Of a stretch of 64,000 nucleotides of DNA, positions 49,025 through 58,794 are shown in pieces (position 1 is the first letter of the stretch; every line of letters begins with the position of its first letter). Below the pieces are notes generated by a model that was given only the letters and a program-made list of their open reading frames with translations, did not search any database and was not told where the DNA came from. The DNA is from an uncultured delta proteobacterium (GTDB lineage Bacteria; Myxococcota_A; UBA9160; PR03): the NCBI GenBank assembly GCA_963801625.1, contig CAWDFQ010000007.1:130145-194144 (forward strand), given 5' to 3'. A program made the translations under genes and the position numbers.

Positions 49025-51514
49025 TCAGATGGTCGCCGGCGTTCGCGGATCCTCGAGTAGATCGACTTCCCGGATCCGACCGTCCGCCTCGAGCCGGAGC
49101 GTCTTCAGCTCGAAGGCACCGATCTGTGTCTCGATGCGCCGCGCGTCGGGCACGGTGATCGTCGCCCGGCTGGCGCTCCCCTGGGTCTCGTACAAGCGCA
49201 GGATCGACGCGTCGCCGTCCTCGGCGCCCTTCATCGCCGTCGCAATGACGCTCGGCGGCTCGACCGAAAGCAGCGATCCATACGGGCCCCACGGACCGGC
49301 ATGGGGATACTGGAATACATTCACGAAAGGATTGTCGAGCGCGTGCGCGTGGCGGACGGTGCCGGCATCCTGCCAGCTTCCCGTGTGGGGAAGCAGGGCG
49401 TAGCGGATCGTGTGGAGCCCCTGGTCGAGGAAGAGGTACTCCGCCTCTGGCACCGGCCGAGCTGGCTCGTGGAAGCAGTAGATCGGAGAGCGCACGAGGC
49501 TCATGCGCAGATCGTTGCCGAGGCAGTCGAAGCCGTACTTGCCGTCGTTCAGCAGGGAAATGCCGTACGCGATGTCGCGGCCGTCGTTCGTCGCGGCGCG
49601 TCCGGAGAGGTCGATCCACGACTGCCCGGGCTGCTCGCGCCCGTCCTGATCGCGCACCTGGACGCTGTAGGGGCCGTCGTAGGTGAGGGTCCCCTCGCGT
49701 ACGGCGACCGGCACGGAGAGCTTCAACATCCGGTTCCGCTCGTGCCAGTCGAGCGTCAGCGTGACGTCGATGCGGGGGCTGTCGCGGTACAGCGTGAACT
49801 CCTGCCGCGCCTGCGAGCGGTTCCAGCTCGTGTCGATGCGAAGCGTTGCGTGGCTGTCGCCGCTCGAGACCACGCGCAGCGTCGCACCCGAGAAGCGACC
49901 GACCTCATCGTGCCACGACGCGATCCCGTGTCCCCACGTGTCGCCCGGGTCGTCGAGCAACACGAGCGTGCACGCCGGCGCCTGCGTGGTCTCGACGACG
50001 CTGCGCTTGTCGAAGAGGCGGACCAGCGCACCGTTGGTTGCGTCGAACTCGAGCGCGTAGAAGCGGTTCTCGAGGGAGCGAGGGCCCGCGCGCGGCGCTT
50101 CGCCCGCGAGCGCGGCGTCCTCGGCGCCAGGCTCGGCCTTGACGAAGCGGTAGACGCGGTAGCCGTGGGCCGGCAGCGTCGCTTCGAAGTGGATCCGCAG
50201 GCCACCCGGAAAGACGTCCGGCTGCGCCATCTGGAACGCGACGTCGGCGCCCCGCTCGTCGACCAGGCGGTCGCCCGGCGGCCCCGGCCATCCCCACTGG
50301 ACGGTGACGGCATCCGTGCGCTCCCACGAGGAGGGGTTGAAGAGGAGGACGGGACGCCCCGCGGCTGTCGGCTCGCTGCGAGAATCGATGCGCGTGTCGA
50401 TCTGCGCCGCCAGCGCTTGGAGCGCGGCGTTCTCCAGCCGCGCCGCGATCGAGAGCGCCTCGCCGTAGCGATGACGCGCGTCGATGTAGGCGGCCGGCAG
50501 GCTCGTGCCCGCCAGCGTGTCGTGGAACTGGTTGAAGAGCACCTGTTTCCACGCCTGGGCAAATTCCTCGGTGGGATGGGGCCTCCCGAGGGCAATCGCC
50601 GCGAGCGCACACCAGCGCTCCGCTGTCGCGAGCCGGTTCTCGGCCAGCCGGTTCGAGCGCTTCATCTCGGCGTGCGTCGTGTAGCAGCCGGGGGCGTGGT
50701 GCTGGAGGTCGCCGCGCACGGTCGGGAATCGCCCTGCGTCGGCCCCGATCGCGTCGACGAAGGCCTCGAGGGTGCTGAAGATCGCGTTCGGCTCGGACGG
50801 ATCGTCGCGCAGCGCGCGAATGCTCGCGATGGCCCGCTTCGTTGGCCCCCCGCCGTGATTGCCGACGCCATAACACACGAGCATCTGCTCGAGGCCGAGC
50901 TCGTCGGCCTTGGCGGCCGCCTCGCGGACGAGATCGCCGAGGTCGTCCTGCCAAGCGGCGTAGTGTCCGGCCGGCGGACGGATCGCGAGCACCCGACTGC
51001 CGTCCGGTCCCTGCCACCAGAAGAAGGGAGCCGGCAGGTGCTTCTCCTCGGGCCCCGGGCGGAAGAAGCAGTAGGAGTCGTAGCCGCTCTTCGCGAGGAT
51101 CTGCGGAAGCCCCGCGTTGTGACCGAACGCGTCCGGGCTCCATCCGCTCCGGACCTCGACGCCGAGCTTCTCTCGGAACCAGCGCTTCCCGTAGAGCGCC
51201 TGGCGGACGTAGGATTCGCCGCCGGGGATGTTGCAATCCGGCTGCTCCCAGAAACCGCCGATCACGTTCCAGCGACCGTCACGCACGTAGCCGCGGATCT
51301 CCGCGAAGAGCGCCGCGTCCACCTCCTCGATCCATGCGAAGGTGGCCGCCTCGCCGCGGCTGAAGATGAAGTCTCGGCTCGCGCGCAGCCGATCGACGGC
51401 AGCGCGACAGGTGGCGAGCGTCTCGCTGTAGCCTTCCTGCCAGGACCAGCGCCACACCGGGTCGAGGTGGGCGTTGCCGATGCAGTGAACCGTGACACGA
51501 CGTCGGGTTGCCAT
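49025..51514 (-). CDS. GH38 alpha-mannosidase
   Basis: Intact 829-aa ORF with HCIGNAHLDPVWRWSWQEGY, FWEQPDCNIPGGESYVRQ and WSPDAFGHNAGLPQIL. Confidence 0.88.
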   Translation of the reverse strand: MATRRRVTVHCIGNAHLDPVWRWSWQEGYSETLATCRAAVDRLRASRDFIFSRGEAATFAWIEEVDAALFAEIRGYVRDGRWNVIGGFWEQPDCNIPGGESYVRQALYGKRWFREKLGVEVRSGWSPDAFGHNAGLPQILAKSGYDSYCFFRPGPEEKHLPAPFFWWQGPDGSRVLAIRPPAGHYAAWQDDLGDLVREAAAKADELGLEQMLVCYGVGNHGGGPTKRAIASIRALRDDPSEPNAIFSTLEAFVDAIGADAGRFPTVRGDLQHHAPGCYTTHAEMKRSNRLAENRLATAERWCALAAIALGRPHPTEEFAQAWKQVLFNQFHDTLAGTSLPAAYIDARHRYGEALSIAARLENAALQALAAQIDTRIDSRSEPTAAGRPVLLFNPSSWERTDAVTVQWGWPGPPGDRLVDERGADVAFQMAQPDVFPGGLRIHFEATLPAHGYRVYRFVKAEPGAEDAALAGEAPRAGPRSLENRFYALEFDATNGALVRLFDKRSVVETTQAPACTLVLLDDPGDTWGHGIASWHDEVGRFSGATLRVVSSGDSHATLRIDTSWNRSQARQEFTLYRDSPRIDVTLTLDWHERNRMLKLSVPVAVREGTLTYDGPYSVQVRDQDGREQPGQSWIDLSGRAATNDGRDIAYGISLLNDGKYGFDCLGNDLRMSLVRSPIYCFHEPARPVPEAEYLFLDQGLHTIRYALLPHTGSWQDAGTVRHAHALDNPFVNVFQYPHAGPWGPYGSLLSVEPPSVIATAMKGAEDGDASILRLYETQGSASRATITVPDARRIETQIGAFELKTLRLEADGRIREVDLLEDPRTPATI

Positions 51515-51549
51515 GGGCGCCCCGGCAGACTAGACCAGCCGGCTCTCAC

Positions 51550-51848
51550 CTACACCGGCCGGTCGGCGTCCGCAGCGAAGCGGCGAAGGCCGAACGGTGA
51601 GAACACACAGAGGGCAGTGAGGGCCGCGAAGATCACGGACCCGAGCGGAGCCCCAGCGGGCTCAGGCAGGTACAGGTTGTCGAAGTACGCCACGCCTGGC
51701 GCGCTGCTGCCGAGCGGCTTCGTGATGCCCAGATCGATCAGGACCGACTGCGCCGAAGCCGGCGGGGTGAGCGGTCCCCCGCGAGCCGCGTCCAGCCCTG
51801 CCCATCCGAGACGGTTCCGAGCACGAACTCCGTCGAGATCTCGCCCAT
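51550..51848 (-). pseudogene. PEP-CTERM sorting-domain protein, C-terminal fragment with one frameshift
   Basis: The end reads ...VAYFDNLYLPEPAGAPLGSVIFAALTALCVFSPFGLRRFAA: a PEP motif, a TM helix and a basic tail. The upstream part MGEISTEFVLGTVSDGQGWTRLAG is in another frame. Confidence 0.55.
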
Positions 51849-51993
51849 GGACGTGGAGACGCCTGCGTCTTTCCAGGCGCAACACGACGAACCCGACGGG
51901 TTTTCGCGAGCCCATGGCGCAATCCCGGCGCGCGCCGGGGTCTGCGACACGGGGTGCTTGAAGTCGCCGCTCTGCCCCCATAATATTGGTCGC

Positions 51994-52710
51994 GTGAACA
52001 AAAAGATTGGCCGGACGGACAATAAGGGACGGCGGTCGCGCAAGGCCCGTCCCGGGCGACGTTCGCTGGCCGAGACGGCGCAAGTGCGGGTCCGAATTCT
52101 CGATGAGGCCGAGCGCCTGTTCGCGGCCCGCGGCTATCGCGGCGTGTCGTTTCGCGAGCTGGGCCGCGCCGTCGGGGTGCGACCCTTCACGATTCAGCAC
52201 CACTTCGGGTCGAAGCTCGGCCTCTACTCCGCGGTGCTGAGCCGTTGGGACGGCGAGGTGCGCGGGCTCGTCGTGGGTGCGCTCGGCGCCGCTCCGCCCG
52301 ACGACGCGGCGGCGCTGATCGAGCGCGTGATGGACGAGCTCTTCGAGTTCCTGCTCGTGCACCGCGACTGGGTGAGCCTCAACGCGCGTGCGGCACTCGG
52401 CGAAGGGCTGCCGCCTGGCGTGGAGCTCGAGGATCACAGCTGGGTGCGATTTCTCGGCAACGTGACGCGCTCCAGCGCGTTCGCCACTGCCGGCTTCGAC
52501 CTGCGTCTGCTGCTGATCACCGTCGAGGGCATCCTGAACAATCTCGTGTTGTCCGAGGCGCGCTACCGCGAACTTTTCGGCTGCGACCTGGATGACCCGC
52601 GTCTCCGGTCGCAGGTCAAGAATCACTTGAAGCGGGTGCTGCTGCGTTTGTGGCTGCCGGGCGAAGCCGGCCCTCCGTCGGCGCCGTCCCGCACGAGGAG
52701 GTCTCGATGA
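51994..52710 (+). CDS. TetR/AcrR family transcriptional regulator (GTG start proposed)
   Basis: RILDEAERLFAARGYRGVSFRELGRAVGVRPFTIQHHFGSKLGLYSAVL is the TetR HTH. A TAATAT -10-like box lies just upstream. Confidence 0.8.
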   Translation: MNKKIGRTDNKGRRSRKARPGRRSLAETAQVRVRILDEAERLFAARGYRGVSFRELGRAVGVRPFTIQHHFGSKLGLYSAVLSRWDGEVRGLVVGALGAAPPDDAAALIERVMDELFEFLLVHRDWVSLNARAALGEGLPPGVELEDHSWVRFLGNVTRSSAFATAGFDLRLLLITVEGILNNLVLSEARYRELFGCDLDDPRLRSQVKNHLKRVLLRLWLPGEAGPPSAPSRTRRSR

Positions 52711-53537
52711 ATCCTCTCGCTGCGTTCCGTGGACGCGTCGCGCTGGTGACGGGCGCCTCGAGCGGCATCGGCCGCGCGCTCGCCGTGCGAATGGCGGGCG
52801 CGGGGATGCGCGTGGCGCTGGTGGCGCGGCGTCGCGATGCGCTCGATGCACTCGCCGCCGAGATTGCAGGCAAGGGCGGCGAGGCGTGCGCGTTCCCGTG
52901 CGATGTCGAGTGCGCGGCGGAGGTGGCGGCGACCGCGCGCGTCGCGACCGAGCGCTTCGGCGCGGTGGACCTGCTCGTCAACAACGCCGGCTACGGCCAT
53001 CACCGCGCGTTCCTCGACTGGGATCTCGACGACATGGAGCGCATGATGCGCGTCAACTATCTCGGCGCGCTGCGCTTCACCAAGGCGCTGCTGCCCGGCA
53101 TGGTCGCGCGCCGGCGTGGCTCGCTGGTCTTCGTCGCGTCAGTGGCCGGCAAGATCGCGACGCCCGACGAGACGGCCTACAGCGCGTCCAAGTTCGCGAT
53201 GGTCGGACTCGCGCAGTCGCTCTCGCTCGAGGTCGAAGACGCCGGTGTGCACGTGCTCGTGGTCTGCCCGGGCGTGATCCGGACGCCCTTCTTCGACGAG
53301 GAGGCGCTCTCGCGGATGCCGCCCGTGTCGCTTCGCTCGATGGTGGAGGTGGAGGGCCTCGTCGACGCGATCGTCGATGCGCTCGCCAAGGGGAAGCGCG
53401 AGGTGACGTATCCGCGTTCGATCGGGGCCGCCTATGTGGTACAGGCGATCGCACCCGAGTTCATGCGCCGCCAGGTGAAGCGCACGACGCTCGCGACGCA
53501 GCCGCCGGCCACGCCGCGACCCGAGCTCGCGCGATGA
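52707..53537 (+). CDS. SDR family oxidoreductase
   Basis: It carries VALVTGASSGIGRALA, NNAG, and the YSASKFA catalytic Tyr-Lys. The start overlaps the TetR stop (ATGA). Confidence 0.88.
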   Translation: MNPLAAFRGRVALVTGASSGIGRALAVRMAGAGMRVALVARRRDALDALAAEIAGKGGEACAFPCDVECAAEVAATARVATERFGAVDLLVNNAGYGHHRAFLDWDLDDMERMMRVNYLGALRFTKALLPGMVARRRGSLVFVASVAGKIATPDETAYSASKFAMVGLAQSLSLEVEDAGVHVLVVCPGVIRTPFFDEEALSRMPPVSLRSMVEVEGLVDAIVDALAKGKREVTYPRSIGAAYVVQAIAPEFMRRQVKRTTLATQPPATPRPELAR

Positions 53538-54862
53538 TCGACGTCCTCGTGCTCGGCGCGGGTGTCGCAGGCGTGACGGCGGCGCGCGCGCTGTCGGCGG
53601 CCGGTCACCGCGTGGTCGTCGTCGAGGGACGCCAGCGCATCGGCGGTCGCGTGCACTCGATCCGCGATTTCTGCGAGCGGCCCGTCGAGGGCGGCGCCGA
53701 ATTCATCCACGGCGTGCGGGCCGCGACCTGGCCGGAGGTGCGGGACGCGAAGCTCTCCGTGCGTGCCTGCCCCCAACGCAACATGATGTTCAACGGAGGC
53801 GGCGCCACGCGCTGGATGCCGTGGGTGCTGCTGCATCCGGGCGTGTGGCCGGCCTTCACGATCTTCCGCGCGCTCGGGCGCGTCCGTCCGCCGGACGTGT
53901 CGGCACGCGAGTTTCTCGAGCGCCTCGGCTACCGCGGTCGCGCGCGCCTGATCGCCGAGATGGTTCTCGCCGGCCACCTGCCGGGCCGCGTCGACGAGAT
54001 CGGCGTGCTCGGCCTGCTCGACGATGGCGTGCACACGCTCGAGCGCGGCACCAACTACCGGATCGATGACGGCTACGACCGCTTGCCGCAGCACCTCGCG
54101 GCTGGCCTCGACGTGCGGCTCGACTTCGCAATCGAGACCGTGCGCTGGGACGCCGGTGGCGTCGCGGTGGTCGCGCGCGACGGTCGCGAGCTCTCCGCGC
54201 GCACGGCGATCTCGACGCTGCCGGTGGGCGTACTCGCGTCGGGACTCGTGCGCTTTGCCCCGCTGCTTCCCGAGACGAAGCGCGCCGCGCTCGAACGCGT
54301 CGAGATGGGGCCGGTGGTGAAGCTGCTGTTGCGCTTCCAGGAGCGCTTCTGGCCGCGCTGGGCGAACGCGATCGCGTGCGCGACGGGCCCCGTCACGCTC
54401 TACTGGCCCGTGTTCCACGGCGAACGCGACGCGCCGCCCGTGCTGGTTGCCTACGCCACCGGCGCGCGCGCGCGTCTGCTCGGCTGCGTCGGCGAAGCAG
54501 AGGCGGTGGAGATCGCGCTCTCGGATCTCCGGCGGCTCTTCCCAGGCTCCGACCCGCAGCGCCGGCTGGTGGATGCGCGGCGGATCGACTGGTCCGCGGA
54601 TCCCTTCGCCGCTGGCGGATACACGTTCCTGCGTCCAGATGCGCGCGGCGCCCGGCAGCGCCTTGCAGCGGCGGACACGGGCGCGCTGTTCTGGGCCGGC
54701 TCCGCCACACAATCGCTCCCGATCGCGGACACGGTCGAGGCCGCCTATGCAAGCGGCCTCCGCGCAGCGGGAGAAGCGGCCGCGCATCTCGTGAAGCGCT
54801 CCGTCCCGGCAGCCCGCCGCGGTGTCGCTGCGCTGTGGCCATCGCTGGCGATCAGCGGGTGA
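53534..54862 (+). CDS. FAD-dependent amine oxidase family protein (flavin monoamine/polyamine oxidase-like)
   Basis: MIDVLVLGAGVAGVTAARALSAAGHRVVVVEGRQRIGGRV is followed by the C-terminal WSADPFAAGGYTF...LFWAGSAT. The start overlaps the SDR stop (ATGA). Confidence 0.82.
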   Translation: MIDVLVLGAGVAGVTAARALSAAGHRVVVVEGRQRIGGRVHSIRDFCERPVEGGAEFIHGVRAATWPEVRDAKLSVRACPQRNMMFNGGGATRWMPWVLLHPGVWPAFTIFRALGRVRPPDVSAREFLERLGYRGRARLIAEMVLAGHLPGRVDEIGVLGLLDDGVHTLERGTNYRIDDGYDRLPQHLAAGLDVRLDFAIETVRWDAGGVAVVARDGRELSARTAISTLPVGVLASGLVRFAPLLPETKRAALERVEMGPVVKLLLRFQERFWPRWANAIACATGPVTLYWPVFHGERDAPPVLVAYATGARARLLGCVGEAEAVEIALSDLRRLFPGSDPQRRLVDARRIDWSADPFAAGGYTFLRPDARGARQRLAAADTGALFWAGSATQSLPIADTVEAAYASGLRAAGEAAAHLVKRSVPAARRGVAALWPSLAISG

Positions 54863-55740
54863 TGGGGGCGGGGTCCAGACTGTCCGACGGGGTCGTCGCC
54901 GCAGCCGCAGCGACGATGCTCTACGGCCTGGCGGTGGTCATGCAGAAGAGCCAGGCGGAGCGCGTGAGCGCGCGGGGCCTCCGGATCCTTGGGAGTCTCG
55001 CGAGGCGCCCGGTCTGGCTGCTGGCGGTCGGGATCCAGATGGTCGGCTTCGGGTTGCACTCCTACGCACTCACGCGTGCTCCCGTCGCGGTGGTCCAGCC
55101 GATCATTGCGTCCGGTCTGCTCTTCGTCGTCGTATTCGCGTTTCTACTGCTCGGAGAGCGCCCGAGCCTGCGCGAGACGACTGGCTCGGTGCTGCTGCTC
55201 GGCGGGATCGCGCTGCTCGTCCGCGAGCTGCAGGGCTCTGCGGCGATCGGGAACGTCTTGCCGCAGGATCTCGGTCTGGCGCTGGTCTCGTGCATCGGCC
55301 TGATCGCGGTTCTGACCGGCGGCGTCCGGTCGCCTCGCGTCGGGGCCAGTCTGGCGGCGGTGTCACTCGCCGGTGCTGCGGGGCTCGGACAGGGAATGAG
55401 CGACGCGATGAACCGGCTCGCAGTCGCCTGGCTCGTGCCGAGCGGAGGCTGGATCCCGCCGGCCGCGATGGGTATCGCTGCGGCGCTCCTGCTGATCGGC
55501 TTCGGGCTGCAGGGGCTCGCCGCGGCGCAGAACGCGCTCAAGGCGCATCGAGCGAATACGGTCGTGCCGTGCCTCGTGGGCGTCCAGGTGCTGGTGCCGA
55601 TCGCGATGGCCCAAGCGGTCTATGCGCAGGACGTGCGCGTCGCGTCGCCTGCGGCATTGGGCGCGGCCGCGTTCGCCACCGCCGCCGGACTCCTGACGCT
55701 TTGCACGTCGCCGCGGGCGGTCGCGAGGTCATTGCGATGA
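54862..55740 (+). CDS. DMT-superfamily (EamA/NIPA-like) membrane transporter
   Basis: A 292-aa ORF with about 9 hydrophobic helices, e.g. LLAVGIQMVGFGLHSYALTRAPVAVVQPIIASGLLFVVVFAFLLLGERP. Its ATG shares a base with the preceding stop. Confidence 0.6.
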   Translation: MGAGSRLSDGVVAAAAATMLYGLAVVMQKSQAERVSARGLRILGSLARRPVWLLAVGIQMVGFGLHSYALTRAPVAVVQPIIASGLLFVVVFAFLLLGERPSLRETTGSVLLLGGIALLVRELQGSAAIGNVLPQDLGLALVSCIGLIAVLTGGVRSPRVGASLAAVSLAGAAGLGQGMSDAMNRLAVAWLVPSGGWIPPAAMGIAAALLLIGFGLQGLAAAQNALKAHRANTVVPCLVGVQVLVPIAMAQAVYAQDVRVASPAALGAAAFATAAGLLTLCTSPRAVARSLR

Positions 55741-56243
55741 AAGCCCTGCAGTTCCGCATGAGCGTGCCGCGGATCGTTCTCACCCGAGCGCTCGGCGCCT
55801 TCTCATCTCGCCTGTGTGTCCCGCGTGCGTGCAGGGCAAGCTGTCGCTCTGCGGAAACTTCGACCGCGGCGACCTTTCGCCGGGACTGCACCTCGGCAAT
55901 TGCCTGAGCGCACCGGGCGCCTATGCGCCCCGGGTCGCGCTCCATGAGAGCCAGCTGTTTCCGTTTCCGGTCGGCGTGGACGCCGATCTATTTCAAGGAG
56001 CTGCGCATCGCCGGGTCGAACGCGTTCGGTGTGGAGGAGTTCCGAGGCGCGAGGAAGCACGCGATGGAGCATTACGTCGACCTCTGCGCCTCGGGCGAGG
56101 TGGACCTCGGATTCCTCGTCACGCACCGCTATCCGCTGGAAGAATGGCGGGCGGCGTTCGCGCCGGCGATTCGGAAGACGACGGGTTGCGTAAAGGTGGC
56201 GTTCGCGTTCGGAGAAGAGAAGACGGGCACCGCACTCACATGA
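55737..56243 (+). pseudogene. zinc-dependent alcohol/sorbitol dehydrogenase (MDR family) reduced to three short segments
   Basis: Three segments remain: MKALQFRMSVPRIVLTRALGA (aa ~1-21); CPACVQGKLSLCGNFDRGDL..PGAYAPRVALHESQLFPFP (structural Zn region); and YFKELRIAGSNAFGVEEF..DLGFLVTHRYPLEEWRAAF..VKVAFAF (C-terminus). The catalytic Zn site and the Rossmann fold are deleted. Confidence 0.7.
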
Positions 56244-56910
56244 CGAGCCGGAGGTCGCGCGCAAGCACGCGCGCGCGTGCTTGCGCGCGAATCGACGTCC
56301 GCGTCGCGCAGGACTCGAGCGATCGGCGAGTTGTCAGCCGCCTGCTAAGCGCCTTCGCGCGCGCGGTCACGTCGCCACCCCAGATCGGCGGCAGGTTCAG
56401 GATCTCGCGCGGGAAGCGCTCGACCAGCAGCTCGACCACGTCGCGCACCGACACCACGAAGACCGGCCGTCCGTCGCGGTCGACGACCGGAACGTGACGG
56501 AAGCCGCCGACGCTCATCTTGTTGAGCACCCAGGCGACGCTCGCCTCGACCGGCAGGCACTCGGGCTCGCGGGTCATCACTTCGGCGAGCGTCAGGCGGG
56601 TCGGGTTGTGACCGCGGTCGATGATGCGGAACAGCACGTCGCGCTCGGTGAAGATTCCGAGCACGCGCGTCTCCGCCGATCCGTCCTCGGTCACGAGTAC
56701 GCAGCCGCGATGCTCCTTCTGCATCGCGTGCATCGCTTCGGCGACCGTGTGGTGTGATGCGAAGAGCAGCGGGTGGCGCGCGGGCAGGGCGCGTACCGAC
56801 TGGCGGAGCAGGGTGGCGTCGAAGACCGCGTTGGGCGGCAACGCGCGCTCGGACTCGAAGTAGGGGTCGTCGAGGAATTCGTCGTCGGGTCGATCGATTT
56901 GCTGGGTCAT
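56236..56910 (-). CDS. CBS-pair domain protein
   Basis: TVAEAMHAMQKEHRGCVLVTEDGS...VLGIFTERDVLFRI and TLAEVMTREPECLPVEASVAWVLNKMSVGGFRHVPVVD are two CBS motifs. Confidence 0.75.
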   Translation of the reverse strand: MTQQIDRPDDEFLDDPYFESERALPPNAVFDATLLRQSVRALPARHPLLFASHHTVAEAMHAMQKEHRGCVLVTEDGSAETRVLGIFTERDVLFRIIDRGHNPTRLTLAEVMTREPECLPVEASVAWVLNKMSVGGFRHVPVVDRDGRPVFVVSVRDVVELLVERFPREILNLPPIWGGDVTARAKALSRRLTTRRSLESCATRTSIRAQARARVLARDLRLVM

Positions 56911-57018
56911 GGGGGCCCTCAATGGGTTTTACCAATGATACTCCGGCGCCCCCCCATTCGAGAAGCCCCTGCATGACGACTCGCCATTTCCCCTTCGCGG
57001 GACTGTGCCGGACGCGAC

Positions 57019-57726
57019 GTGAGCGTGCGCAGCGGTACCTTGCGGGTCGCTTGGGGGAGCAGCGTGGCAGCGTCACTCGCGGACCTTCTCGATCGACAGG
57101 CAAGACGGTGGCAAATCGAGGGCGGCGCCGGGATGCCGCAGCCGCGCGGCCCGCTGGTGGCGTTCTCGCGCTGGGCCGGCGCCTTCGGCGACGAGGTGGC
57201 GGCCCGCGTCGCCGAATGGCTCGACTACGGACTCTTCGGCGCCGAAACGATCGACCGACTCGCGGCCGATCCCACGCTCTCGGCGCGCCTCGACGCGGGT
57301 CTCGACGCCGCGCAACGCGCTGCGATCGGCGAGCGCGTCGCGACCGTGCTCGCCCGCGCACCCGCGGCGCCGGCCGCCCTCGTGCGCGTCGTCGCGACGC
57401 TCGGCGAGCGCGGCATGGCCGTGGTGCTGGGTCGCGGCGCCGCGTCGATCCTGCCGCCAATGCGCGCGCTGCGCGTGCTCGTCGTGGCGCCCGAGGCGCA
57501 GCGCGCCGAGCGCATGGCGCAGGCGCAGGGGATTCCGCTCCAAGAGGCCGTCGCCTGCATCGCGAGTGCAGACAGCGCGCGTCGCTCGGCGCTGCGCGAG
57601 CGCTTCGGCGTCGCCGCCGAAGACCTGACGCACTATGACCTGGTGCTCAACACCGAAGCCTTGTCGATCGAAGCGACGGCGGCGCTGGTCGTAGACGCGC
57701 TGCGACGCCGCTTCCCGCTGCACTGA
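57019..57726 (+). CDS. cytidylate kinase-like family (PF13189-type) protein
   Basis: LVAFSRWAGAFGDEVAARVAEWLDYGLFGAETI... and the C-terminal YDLVLNTEALSIEATAALVVDAL resemble the Cytidylate_kin2 family. The GSGG loop is replaced by AGAFG. Confidence 0.5.
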   Translation: MSVRSGTLRVAWGSSVAASLADLLDRQARRWQIEGGAGMPQPRGPLVAFSRWAGAFGDEVAARVAEWLDYGLFGAETIDRLAADPTLSARLDAGLDAAQRAAIGERVATVLARAPAAPAALVRVVATLGERGMAVVLGRGAASILPPMRALRVLVVAPEAQRAERMAQAQGIPLQEAVACIASADSARRSALRERFGVAAEDLTHYDLVLNTEALSIEATAALVVDALRRRFPLH

Positions 57727-57733
57727 TCGCGAG

Positions 57734-58711
57734 TCACGTCGGAGCGGGAATCCGCGGACGCAGCCGCCGGAGTTCGTGACGCCGCAGCACGCGGCGCAGC
57801 ACGACTTCGGGCGGCTGATACGCGGCTGGCAATCGCGGCAGCACTGCGCGCCAACGCGGATTGCGGCGCAGCGCTCTGCGCAGGGCGAGAACGCCGGCCT
57901 CTTCGTCCCCGCAGCGCGCCAGGAATACGCCCACCCAGAACGACACCTCGTCGTGTGCTCCGCCGCGGCGCAATGCCTCGGCGCCGAGTGCGCGCGCGTC
58001 GTCGGTGCGCCCTTCGCCGAGCGCGCGCGTGGCTTCCTCGAGCGCTGCGAACGCCTGATGGATGTGCAGCAGTCGCTGCAGCTCGGCGATCGGCTTGCGA
58101 TGGTTCTCGACGCGGAGGTCGACGGCGCGATTGCGCCACGTCTCGCTCTCCGACACGGATCGCACCACGAAGAGCGCGGCGGACTCGCGGCCGCGCGCGT
58201 CACCCCCTGCGGCCTGTCCCGCTTCGAGCGCCGCGAGCAACCGCGAGGGCAGGGCGCCCCGCGCGCGCTCGAACGCCCGAACCATGGCGTCGCAGACGCG
58301 ATCCGTTGCGAGCAGGTTGCCCTGGACCGCGAAGCCGTCGCCCGCGCGGTGTCCCGCGAACGGGATGCAGCCGGCACCGGTATGCACGGCGACCTCGCCG
58401 CGCGCGTCCACCACCGCCACCTGTCGTACCGCTGCGCCCGGATCGGCGGCGAGCAGGCGATCGAGCGCTTGCCCGGCGGCCACGCCCGCGCGCAGCAGTT
58501 CGAGCGCGCGCGGCCCGTAGCCCGGCTCGGCGAAAGCCTGCGTCGCGACGGCTCCCACGCCGGCCTCGGCCCATGGCACGACCGCTCCGACGTTGAAGCG
58601 TCGCGACTGCACCGCGACGCCGAGGTCGCCGCTCGCGATGTCGCGCGCCACGATCGAGAAGGTCGAGACGAGTCGCGGTTCCATGCTGGCCGGCCACGCT
58701 ATCTCCGGCAT
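57734..58711 (-). CDS. DUF1028 family (Ntn-hydrolase fold) protein with C-terminal helical extension
   Basis: STFSIVARDIASGDLGVAVQSRRFNVGAVVPWAEAGVGAVATQAF...GDARGRESAALFV is present. The alternative start MEPR is at 58684. Confidence 0.7.
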   Translation of the reverse strand: MPEIAWPASMEPRLVSTFSIVARDIASGDLGVAVQSRRFNVGAVVPWAEAGVGAVATQAFAEPGYGPRALELLRAGVAAGQALDRLLAADPGAAVRQVAVVDARGEVAVHTGAGCIPFAGHRAGDGFAVQGNLLATDRVCDAMVRAFERARGALPSRLLAALEAGQAAGGDARGRESAALFVVRSVSESETWRNRAVDLRVENHRKPIAELQRLLHIHQAFAALEEATRALGEGRTDDARALGAEALRRGGAHDEVSFWVGVFLARCGDEEAGVLALRRALRRNPRWRAVLPRLPAAYQPPEVVLRRVLRRHELRRLRPRIPAPT

Positions 58712-58794
58712 TCGGGACTGTCATCCGAGATCGGGTGAACCGCGCCACAGATCCGCGCGTAGAAGGAGACGAAGAAGCGCCCGCGAGGAGAACC

